Shown here: piece after piece, positions 1 to 10,241 of the stretch
How the letters are laid out: every line of letters begins with the position of its first letter
Position numbering within the stretch: position 1 is the first letter of the stretch
Assembly (NCBI GenBank): GCA_002269645.1
Contig: NIVC01001534.1
Location: 44,135-75,035, forward strand
Reading direction: 5' to 3'
From: Macrostomum lignano
Taxonomy: Eukaryota
DNA: 30,901 nucleotides
The notes under the pieces: model-generated
Told to the model about the DNA's origin: nothing
What the model saw: the letters and a program-made list of their open reading frames with translations, nothing else
Databases searched by the model: none
Made by a program: the position numbers and the translations under genes

Positions 1-13
1 ACCCTGGGCCTGA

Positions 14-170
14 CGTGGCACAGGCTCTCGTACCTTGCGGACCGAACCTCAGGCGTGGCACAGGCTCTCGCAGGCCTTGCGGACCGAACCTCAGGCGTGG
101 CACAGGCTCTCGTAGCCTTGCGGACCGAACCTCAGGCGTGGCACAGGCTCTGCAGCCTTGGCGCGACCGT
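14..170. repeat. Tandem array B (~41 bp unit) in the LTR-element leader
   Basis: CGTGGCACAGGCTC recurs at 14, 54, 96 and 137 (periods 40, 42, 41). Unit is approximately CGTGGCACAGGCTCTCG(N)CCTTGCGGACCGAACCTCAGG. Confidence 0.9.
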
Positions 171-189
171 CAGGCAGAAACGTGGCAGC

Positions 190-487
190 CGGCACTCAGT
201 CACGAGCCGGCAGAGCTGAGCAGAATCTTGCTGACGCTTGTTGCGAGCTGGCAGGCTGAGCAGAATCTCGCTGACGCTTGGTTGCGAGCTGGCAGGGCTG
301 AGCAGAAGTCTTGATGGCGCTTGCTTGTGTGCTGGCAGCGCTGAGCAAGAGTCTCGGTGGCACTGATTACGAGTTGGCAGCGCTGAGTAGACGTCTCGGT
401 GGTGCTTAGTTTCGAACGTGTTGATGTTGAGCAGAATCTCAGTGGCGCTTAGTTGCGAACCGGCAGTGCTGAGCTTGGTCTCGGTGG
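190..487. repeat. Degenerate tandem array A (~42 bp unit, 7 copies) ending in the PBS
   Basis: G(C/T)TGAG anchors at 215, 255, 297, 340, 382, 426 and 468 (periods 40-44). TCTC(G/A)GTGG occurs at 352, 394, 437 and 479. Confidence 0.85.
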
Positions 488-495
488 GACCTCCA
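479..495 (-). other. Primer-binding site complementary to the tRNA-Gln 3' end
   Basis: The + strand reads TCTCGGTGGGACCTCCA, matching the 3' 17 nt (including CCA) of eukaryotic tRNA-Gln(UUG) as recalled (...AAATCTCGGTGGGACCT+CCA). The minus strand reads TGGAGGTCCCACCGAGA, 6 nt after an LTR-type ...GTGACA end. Confidence 0.85.
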
Positions 496-501
496 AAATT
501 A

Positions 502-1341
502 TGTCACGTTATTGGCGTAGCGGCCAGCTATGCGGTGACCCTTAAAAGGGCCGTTTTAGTCCCAAAATAAGTTGAAGTCAATTCTTGTAAAGCGATTTTG
601 TAGCGGAGCACTTGGCGATAAAGGCAGGAACTGCCGTAGTTGTCTTTATTGTTAATATCAGTATTAAGTTTGGTTGTTACTGGCAATAAACAGACTATAG
701 CTTTCTGGGCACTGGCGGCTGCAGCAATGGGTTGAATATAATTTGGATATGAAGTCAAGTGGCAGGCGAATGACACAATGGCGACGTGACGTGAGCAGTG
801 GCTATGAGCACCGTGAAGGCAGTGAAACGTAGTGTGAGTAGGCGTCGGTCGTGGCGTGAAACAGTCAAGTAAGTGTGTGAGCAGGCTGGCCCAGACAGAA
901 GGGCCGTGGTGAGAAATAAGGAGGCTCGAGGCAGCCAGACAAACAGATAAGACAGCTAAGAGGCCGCAGGGAAGGAAACAAGGAGCAAGCGGAGAGAGAG
1001 GAGCGAGAGAGAGCGAGGGAGCGTGGAGTGCCCGCCGCCAGGCGGGGGGGTTTAATAAAAGAGCGCAGAGGGGGGTAGCGCGAACACGAGTGATTTCATT
1101 GGCTGGCGAGAGAACTTAAAATTATCGATCGTGCCAATTTTATACGGTGGCGAGAGAGGATAGCAAAATATACAATGAATTATAAATTGCCACAAAATCG
1201 TTGGGCACTACTACAAGTAAACGTCGCAATAAACGAATGGAAAAGTTTAGTTGAAGCGGTGAAACTGAAGGGTTGAATGACTATGGAAAACCAGCAGTCC
1301 AACGGCCCTTTTCGGGACCACCTTAAACTGACAACGTCACA
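502..1341 (-). mobile_element. 5' LTR (~840 bp) of an LTR retrotransposon; internal region runs off the left edge
   Basis: Termini TGTCACGTT (502) and AACGTCACA (1341) form a TG...CA imperfect inverted repeat. The PBS lies directly adjacent, a minus-strand AATAAA is at 645-650, and the GC-richer block stops abruptly at 1341. Superfamily (Gypsy vs BEL) cannot be determined without gag/pol. Confidence 0.75.
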
Positions 1342-2450
1342 GTGGATATATATCTATAGGCCTTTAAGTCAGGCTACAATAAAAGCTAAAGCCAAAGGGA
1401 AATGATTACCTAGGCCTATAATATAGACCTAATGTTAAAATAATAATATCATTATTTGATTAAACAATAATTAATATAAAAAAGCTATTATGTTGCTAAT
1501 TAATAGTACGCTCGTAGAAAGAGAGTAGATATAATAGAGATTTAGTGTTGTGGCCATCTTGGTTTTTGGCTGCACATCCGCCGTGTCTATTGTTAAGCAC
1601 ATGTGCCCATTGCCTTAAATTTTGGGAATAAGCCAATTAAGGGACCACCGAAATTTTTGAATTATATTCAATAGCCATGGTCGCTGTGTCTCTAACTCTA
1701 AGTGTGGCGTAGGCCTATTAACAAATATTGATATAAGTCGAATACTTGTTTTCTGCATTATGAACTTATACACATGTAATGACTGTCGCCCTTTTTGATC
1801 TGCCGTCCTTTTGACCTGTAGCCTCTATAAATATCTATAGAAAGGGAAGCTGAAGAATAACAAGGCGCAAGGTAAGAGCAGCGATCTGAGCGTTGCTGAC
1901 CATTGACCAGTTAAAGAAGCATTGCTAGGCTTTTAGGCACAAGTTGCAACTTTTTCCCAAGCTATTTCGCGTAAAAACACTCGTTTGAAAGAAAAAGACA
2001 CATGACTGCGTGGCAATGTATTACAAAATTTACTTAACTTTGTAAAACTATACCTAGTTTCTGTCTAGATTAACTATGATACGAAATTTATTATTAGTTT
2101 AGGCGGAAATACTTTGTTTAGCGCTTATTATTTTTTAAAGTTCAAAAGTTTTCTGCAATATTAAATCCGCGAGCTCACACGTCATTCATTATTAATTCAA
2201 AGGGGATTCCACGAGACTCTCTTTATTAATGTTGCTTGATTTCTGATATCTAACTAATTTCTGTTCTCAATATTTTATTTAGTTCTGTTTTTTATTTTTT
2301 TCTAGCTGACTATTTAATATCCGTCACTTTTATTTACTGCCAAGCCAACGCGTGTGGAAATCGTCGTGTTGAGCTACTTGGAGTTTGAATCATTCGGCTA
2401 GGTTGCATTAAATAGTCTTTGAACTTGATTTTCATTTGTTGGAGAAAACA

Positions 2451-2531
2451 ATGGCTTTTGGGTTTATAGCAGTTGCATACATTCTGGCTCTTATTTTCAC
2501 TGCATTTCTTCTATTTGTAGTTATTCATCAT
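2451..2531 (+). CDS. CNIH: Cornichon homolog, coding exon 1 (MAFGFIAVAYILALIFTAFLLFVVIHH)
   Basis: ATG at 2451, 27 codons, GTAAGT donor at 2532 (phase 0). Matches the cornichon N-terminus (human CNIH1 [27 protein letters not shown]). Not shown in the ORF track. Confidence 0.92.
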
Positions 2532-5147
2532 GTAAGTATTCAAGTTACTTTTCACAATTTCAGTTTATATGATAAAATGGCATATAAACACTAGGCCTAT
2601 ACTATACAGTATAGTTGTATAGATTATATTTAAATTTATCTATTTTATTATATGTCACATTTGCTTCTTACTTACATTGATTTATGCCTGTATGCTCAAT
2701 ATATCATAGGTAAGATAGGCCTAGTTACTAGTATATATAAATTGCTTTTTAATTTTAGTTCAAATATATATTTATATTTTTTAGGTTTATGTTAGAGATA
2801 GGCTATGTTAATTGTTAATTGAAATTAAAAAGCTAATTTTTATTATATGGGTGCATAGGTTTAAGGTAAAAAAGATAACCAATAAAAATTTGATAGTCAA
2901 ATAAGCAATAGGCCTAGTCAAAAGGCAATATGCTAAATATTATATAATTAGTTATAAATGCAATATGTATTGTTGAGGAAGAAAGCAAGGTGTGAAATAG
3001 ATAAAAAACATTTTAAAAACTGTTCTCATTCTCTATAAGATTAGGAGTTCTACTTAATTTAGTAGTAATCTAAAAGTTCTTGCTTAATAAGGCTTCAATT
3101 CAATAATCTATTTATTGTTCATTTAGTTCAATGTACTCTATTCTAAAAAATGGAAGAATATATATAGCCTACCCCCTATCAGAATAAATGGCCAAAAGGT
3201 ATCTGATGGTCTCATCATTTTGGAATTTTCTAGTGTCCCATCGCAGCTAAAGTCAAAGCAGGTAATATTGCAATGTAGTATAGTTTTTGGATAAATGGTA
3301 AGAGTAACTATGACTGTTTATACAGGGCCCCTCCCAATTTCTTTATAAAATAGTCACTATTTAGTCAATTTGAATTCATGCCAAAACTAAGACACAATTT
3401 CTTTTGTTTTAATACTCGTATTTTTCATATTATTTTGCGCAAATATATTTTGTTTTAACCTACGAGTAAAAATAGTATAAATAGAAGCAAATTTGGCAGA
3501 GGGAGAACCAACCTCGCGCATCGCGGTTTTGCAATAAGTGATTAATAGCAAATAGTAAGAGTTCCGAGAAAATAAGAATTGAAGAAGTGCTTTCTGTGTT
3601 AATTCCTTTTATGAAATAAGAGTGAAATAGACTGAAGCAAAGATACTATTAACAACAGTAGTACTTAGTGATAGGATACTAGAGAGAACAATAACTGGAG
3701 GCTGTGACCCTCTGATCTCAGTAATGCCCAAGGACTTGCAAAGTACATGAAATATATATACCAGTATAGCCAATAGACCACTCAGGCCAGAATAATAATA
3801 AACGCTACCAGAACAATAGTAAACGCTACCAGAATGGAAAACAATAACAATGTAAGGGCTAAATAATATTCTAAGAACAATATACTCAGATTACTCAGAC
3901 TAAATACTTAGACTATACTCAGACTAAAATACTAATATATATACTCAAATATTCTACATCTTGGATTATTCTAAGATTGATTAACTCATAATTTATAATA
4001 GGATAATCCTGGTGGCCTACCAACTATAAAAATAGGAGTTTAGCTTTGACAACTTTAATGACAGCTGGGAATCATAGGGACAGAAGAATCAGCCCTTCAA
4101 CAACTTGGTTTCCAATGGGATAATCATGCCAAAATGCTATAACAACTTGGTGACTTATACTAGAGAGAACAATACCACTGTTACAAGGTACCAGCAAATT
4201 GTTCATAAAGACAGAGGAATCCCTGTATATGTTATTAAGGCTAAATGCCTTATCATCTAATTAGTATTACCTTATTTGTTGCAAAAGTTAACATGCATTG
4301 CATCATGCTTTCAGCTAGGGGCCTAATTTTAGATCCTATTCTAAGTAGGCTCCAATAGTACAATAGTATATAGCTCTAATTCTATGTGAGTATATAGAAT
4401 TGGAGCATTGAGCTATGAATAGCCTATGATTACTGACTTTTTTTCATTCATTTTTTTACAAACTGAAAGAATTTAGCAAAGTATGAATAATATTATAGGT
4501 CTAAATGGTTTTACAAATTTCCATAATATAGGTCTATGATATATTACTTTTTGTAATTTTTACCTTTTTACTATTGCCCTTTTGATATATTGCCTTTTTG
4601 ATTGTTTTGTATTTAAAATTAGATTTAAAATTCAATGCAATTCAATTATAAAGAAGCTTAATAGGCTTTAAATATATTAAAAGTATATTTTAAACCAAAA
4701 CTTATAATTGGACTGGAAGCTTCTATAGCCAAATAAGGTAGGTTTGACTATAAGGTCTATATTTAGGGAGTTAAGCAAGTTTTTTCATTTGAAAAAGAGA
4801 TTATAAGCCTAATAAACTTTTTAATTAAAAAATATAAAACTATTTGTATTCTATTACATAGATCTTATTGGAAAGTTTTAAAAAACAGTTAGTCTATAAC
4901 AATTAGTATAAGAGAAGAGGAAGATTTTCAAAGAAAAGTTATTGGTACTCACTTAATTCAGTATTAGGTTTATTGGCATTTCAGAGGTGCTTTCAGGGGT
5001 GCTGGCACACAATCATGAAGGGTTATTGGCACTCACTCAAGGATCAAGGGTGCTGGCACATTAAATGAGTAGCAGTATGCAATTAACTAAATATTTCCAT
5101 GCCAGTTGAAGTAAAACAATATCTTACACATTTACCAAATCCAACAG

Positions 5148-5498
5148 GTGATTGCCTTTGACGAGCTGCAAAATGATTACAAGAATCCCATTGACCAGTG
5201 TCGCAGCCTTAACTCCCTAGTGCTGCCAGAGTACATTGTGCACGCCCTAATGTCACTAATGTTCTTGTTCAGCGGCCAGTTGTTTTCATTCATACTGAAC
5301 CTGCCGCTAGCTGCCTACCATGTGAAACGGTACATAGACAGGCCTGTGCTGAGCTCGCCAGGCCTATACGACCCCACCAGCATCATGAATGCCGACAAGT
5401 TGCGAAGGGCAATGCGCGAAGGCTGGGTTAAATTGGCCATCTATCTGTGCTCATTTTTCTACTATCTCTACTGCATGATCTATGTGCTGGTGTCGTGA
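5148..5498 (+). CDS. CNIH: Cornichon homolog, coding exon 2 (ER cargo receptor; 143 aa in total)
   Basis: CAG acceptor at 5145-5147, then VIAFDELQNDYKNPIDQC...LVLPEY...GLYDPTSIMNAD...EGWVKLAIYLCSFFYYLYCMIYVLVS*. These are hallmark cornichon motifs. Confidence 0.96.
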   Translation: MIAFDELQNDYKNPIDQCRSLNSLVLPEYIVHALMSLMFLFSGQLFSFILNLPLAAYHVKRYIDRPVLSSPGLYDPTSIMNADKLRRAMREGWVKLAIYLCSFFYYLYCMIYVLVS

Positions 5499-6649
5499 AG
5501 GCTTTGCTAGCTGAGTGAACTGATGCTTTAACTATTATAATCTCTATTGGAGCCAATAGAGAATTTGATGGACTGCGTCTGGCGCGCCTAGCAAACATTC
5601 AACTTACTTACAAAGCACTTATTATATGATGGGGAATCTTCGTATCAAAGGGTGGTCATAGTTACTCTTGCCGTGTACCCATTCTAATAATGAAATTTTT
5701 TTATAACTTTAGTTTAGTTAATTTAGGGTAAATTGGCTTCAATAGAATAGTTTAATAACTATCACTGTTCTTTTACTGCTCTAGTATCCTATTTGGCGCA
5801 ATATTTTAATAATACCTGAGCTATTAATTGATAGCTTCAGTTGGAGTAAATTATGTGTGCAAAAATAGTTTTCAAGGCTGATTAGTTTGGGCATAGCTGG
5901 ATTAGCCTGGTTTAATGTGTATTTGGTGGAGTTGTTTCAACGCTATGGTGCCAAATAGAATTGATATATGAGTTGTTTAGTAGGCAGAATGTGCAGAATG
6001 GCACGGGAAGGTAAATTAACACTTATTTTATTACAATGCAATTGCTATGCTAACTAAACGATAATCGCCACTGTTATGTGTTGCATACTGAAGCAGTTGC
6101 AATCGTGTCTGAAGATTGTTCTTGGAATTGTGTTAATTTCGGCATTGTAATTTTCTCTTAATTTAAACTTCTGATGAGTACAGTACTGCATACCTGTTGA
6201 TTGCTGACTGGGTTTTTTATTTGGCTACAGCATCCAAGCCCCCTGTCCTCCTCTTTCTCTGATTTAGTTTTAGTCAATCCTTTCATATTCATTGCTTACT
6301 ACTACTGTTAAAAGCCTAGTTTAAGTAGCATTGTTTGTACATTCAAACGAAAACTTAGTCACAGTTTTCCCTGATTTGTGTGTATACTCAATCCGTAAGT
6401 TCACACACTGCTTCGCATTGTTATAGCCGCTGTTATCAGCTACTCAAATTTTAAATCCCCTGATGCAAAAACTACAATATATTCTTCAGGCACAACAGCA
6501 GGCACTTGTTATCTCTAGCTCCTATCGCTTATTTGGATTTTTACTCAAATTGTAGTCACGGCTTTTTACAGTAAATAAAATTTGTTACTTATTTTCCACG
6601 AAAAATATAAAGTTTTTATCTCAATTTAATTGATAATTGATTGCACCTG

Positions 6650-6895
6650 CCCCTATTGGGCCAGCCGCAGCGCATCTGAAGGCAGAGTACAAGGACTAGG
6701 GGGGGGGGGGAGTCGCCACACACCCTCAATTACCCCAGCTAATGCTGGCACCCATTTTACAGCTGGGTGAATTGAAGCAATGCAGAGTTGAGTGTCTGGC
6801 TTAAGGACACAAATTGTTCCGAGTGGGTCGAGAATCGAACCCCCGACCTTCTTCAAGTCGTGAGTCAGACGCTCTGACCACTAGGCTACAACCCC
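6650..6895 (-). mobile_element. tRNA-derived SINE with a CORE-like central domain
   Basis: Pol III A box TAGCCTAGTGG (6888-6878, tRNA position 8) and B box GGTTCGATTCT (6841-6831). These are followed by 61 nt (6811-6751) aligning without gaps to the MIR/CORE consensus as recalled (~42/61, ending CTGTAAAATGGG). The 3' boundary is approximate. Confidence 0.8.
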
Positions 6896-9794
6896 TTATC
6901 CTAACAGTGAGAATGCCAAGGTAACTCTTGCGTGGAAATCTGGGTTATTTTAAGCGTCAGAATCGCCGCGCCATTTGACATCCTGGGTCCAAAACCAGGA
7001 TGCCAGCTGATATTAGCAAGAGAGTTCAAAATCAAATAAAATACCAGTACCAGCATGTCTACCCTACCCTTTTACACTGTTAAGCCACCTTATTTACAGA
7101 TTACTCTAACTGGACATAGAATGTCAATAATTTAGAATTATTGATACTTCAAATCAACTCTATGAAATACAGAAATATGGAAACTACTAATAGTATTATC
7201 TAGCTTAATAAAACAGCTGGCTGCCAATTCGACATCCGGGATCCAAGTTCAGGATGCCAAAATTAACGTTGTTATGTTATGCAAGGACACAAAAACCCAG
7301 GAAGTCCCATAATTCGATTCTGCATCTGCCATATTAATTTGAGGCGTTTTGCACTGAAATTTACCGAAGAATTGGCAGAGTGACCTACGATGAACTCAGA
7401 ACCGCTGTACACCCCGTGTGAGCGTCTGCGTACTCAGGGGTCGGGTCAGACGGTTCAGACTCGAATAATTCAATGCGTTGTTGATTAGGTTTTTTAATTA
7501 AGTTGTTCGTTAGGAGAGCTCTTTCGACTATACAGCCCAAGCCGCGAACAAGAGAGGGCGACAAATATCATGGAAATTTCCGTATATGTGAAAGGCCCTA
7601 TATTCACATACAGTAGTTTCACATAATTGTATCGCATATTAAATTACTTCGCTAGCTCTGCCACTTGCGAGTTCTCATACATGGTCCTATACATTGTAGC
7701 CTTATGGGTTGTCACGTCTCTGGTTGCATTTCTTTGTTTAATAAATTTATTCCCTGGGTCTACCGGACTGCTCACGTACATTATACGAGCGTACGATTCA
7801 GAATCTTGCTCTTAACTAAAACAGTTTTCAGTGCATTAGGCGCGTTTTATGAATTTGGTATAATAAAATATGACGCAATAGACAGGCGCAGCCAGGGGGC
7901 GCCACTGCATTTGTGGGGATTGCCATATTTTATATGCCTTTAATTTTACATCTTGACGTAACCCGGGCAGCATGAACACACCTGTGCAAACCCCTGGGCT
8001 CTGGCGCTGAAAGGTACAGCCACGAGGCCTCGTCCTCTAGTAGACTGTCCGCCTCTGGATGGTGCGGTAGCTGACGTTGCGGCCAAGATCCCCATTTAGA
8101 CGGCGGGCCCGAGTTGTTTCAATGTATAATACATCAGAGGCGCGGCCACCACAGTCACCTGTGCAGGAGTACACCCGGTAAAATCTCCCACTAAGGAGAC
8201 GGTATTCCCAGTCTGTCACAGACGAAGGTTCTTGACCCCAACTGTACTAGAAATTGGCGGTTAAGGGACTCTATGGGAGGCATAAGGACAGTCTAGTCAG
8301 TGCTGGAAACGAGGAGTTTTGCATAGGGGGATATTTTAGCTGGTGAGCGATTTTAGACTACAATTCCCTCCTAAGCCCCAGGATCCCAAGGATGCATAGT
8401 AGGTAACGCCATTTAAATTTCTTTCCTCCTGGATCGTTCGATGTGGCAGGGGATGGGGAGGTGCAGGACCCAGAGCTCTCTCGTGATGCACATCTTACCG
8501 GGACTTATTTAGAGGTATTGTTTCTGCTATAATTATTTGGTTGGATTCGGCTTATACTCTGCGATCTTCTCTCTGATCCTCAGCTTCTATTGCATGCCCT
8601 GCGACAGGTGCACTCTCTACTCACATCTCATATCGCATCTCATAGTAAATCAGAAAACAGACAGAAGCAAAACGAGTTAAATAGCTAATGCCCTGAACTA
8701 TACTGGCCCTAAACTTAACCTTAACCGCTCAGTTAATTTTTAAAACGGAATTAAAGTTAAGATTAAAAAATAGGAGATGATGAGCAATGGGGTGATACCC
8801 AAGGGCAGCGCAACAGAGAAAGAAATACCTTAATTATGGCTTATAGACGCGACCGACGGGAAGGGCTGCTTGGCGCGGTGGTCGTCGGATAGTCACGATG
8901 TCGGCTGCAATCACGGGACGATCGATCCAGACGAGGGAAAAGCCAAGGGAAGTTACAGCCCAGCACCGAAAAGGGAGAAGGGGTTCCGAACGGTTGTTAC
9001 AGCTCCGAATGGTCCCTAAAGAAACGGAAAGTGAAGGGGAAGGAAACGGTTGCCGCTCCGGGCTCAAAACAGTCTCTTAATTATTTATAGCCTTGAGATC
9101 ACGTGAGCATGATGCGTGAATGCGTGATATTGAAGGCCGTGACTTGTCCTTGACCTCGGTTACATAGCAACCCTGCATGATTACGTCGTCAGCCGCGTTG
9201 TCATTGATCGAGAAATTAGGGTGGGGCGCAGCGGAGAAAAAAATATGATAGGGGATTTCGTAACAGGCAGGAAAAAGCTTCGAACAATAAAAAGGACGTG
9301 GAGTGGTAGGCGATAAGCATGAGTCATCGCCTCATCGGGGGCGCAGGAATCACAGGGTAAAGAAGGGAGGGTGGGCAAAAATGAGTGGTGGGTCCAGGAC
9401 GTGCCTACATCACATGCCTCGAGTAACTTTAATATAATACGAGTATAATCAAAGTTCTCTATGACTCAATGACTCAAAAATATTCTCTCAAGCAAGCAAC
9501 ATCTTTGCACTGTATAATAGAATCCAGACCTAGCTGGGCTGCCATGCAAGGATTGCAATATGCGGTACGGTGCGCCAGGGTCAAGCAAATGCATGCAAAC
9601 TTCATACGTAAGTTCGGAAGCCCAATGAGCCTCACAGATGCAAAATAGCATTGCTGATGGGCGTGCTATAGTCAGCAGCTTCTCTGCAAACTCTTACATA
9701 TGTATATCACTGGATTTGGGTTTGGGTGCTTCTCACGGCCCCCACCGCACAGATACTCAAAGCCTCAGATGTGATTAACTCAGCGCAATACCTT

Positions 9795-9818
9795 TCTCTC
9801 TCTCTCTCTCTCTCTCTC
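9795..9818. repeat. (TC)12 microsatellite ~350 bp upstream of the receptor ATG
   Basis: Direct reading; GAGA-type repeat. Confidence 0.95.
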
Positions 9819-10162
9819 CTGTCTCACTGTCTCCATGCTGGTCTCGCCCTCCCAACAGCATTGTTCTAAAAAAAACACTGAAAGACCTTGAGTCGTCATA
9901 AAGCAAGCTGTTGTGGGCACGCGCGCTGCCAAGTACTTGCGTATCTAGCTTAAACCAACAACTTTATACGAGCGTCGTAGACTAGAGCAAGTCTAAGACT
10001 AGTTTGATAGGCCTGCAGTCGCCCTCATCTCCAGCATCCAGCAGCAGCGTAAATAGGAGGGCGCGGCACAGCAACTGCCGTTTATTTTCGGTAGGCTGAG
10101 CAGGCCCATAAGTGCCTGCTAACTATACATTATTATCATAAGCCTTGTTGAACGAGGTCACT

Positions 10163-10241
10163 ATGACAAACGGTCGAATTTCCAAGGTTACTACAGGATA
10201 CCTGCTCATGATCTGCGTTTGCTTGGTCGCAATGATGTTCG
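10163..10241 (+). CDS. Receptor exon 1: signal peptide MTNGRISKVTTGYLLMICVCLVAMMF
   Basis: Basic n-region plus hydrophobic h-region. GTAGGT donor at 10242 (phase 1) joins exon 2 in frame (G+TC = Val, then ANPEAA). Confidence 0.75.

Noticed and set aside
14-487. CRISPR array, or the 99-aa ORF at 15-314 as a coding repeat
   Set aside because: There are no unique spacers, the 40-44 bp periods break frame, and the position downstream of a PBS identifies it as a retrotransposon leader.
6171-6200. Hammerhead ribozyme (CTGATGA core)
   Set aside because: There is no stem II followed by GAAA and no stem I/III pairing.
6820-6895. Functional tRNA gene
   Set aside because: A and B boxes are present, but there is no convincing acceptor or anticodon stem pairing and no Pol III terminator after the head. 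It runs into a CORE-like domain, so it is a SINE head.
8200-8211. 5S rRNA or 5S-derived SINE (CTGGGAATACCG on the minus strand)
   Set aside because: Only 12 nt match, and the spacing to upstream 5S internal-promoter elements does not fit.
8037-8219. Penelope GIY-YIG endonuclease fragment (VYSC...LYIETTR)
   Set aside because: The resemblance is loose, the YIGxT core is absent, and no RT sequence lies nearby.
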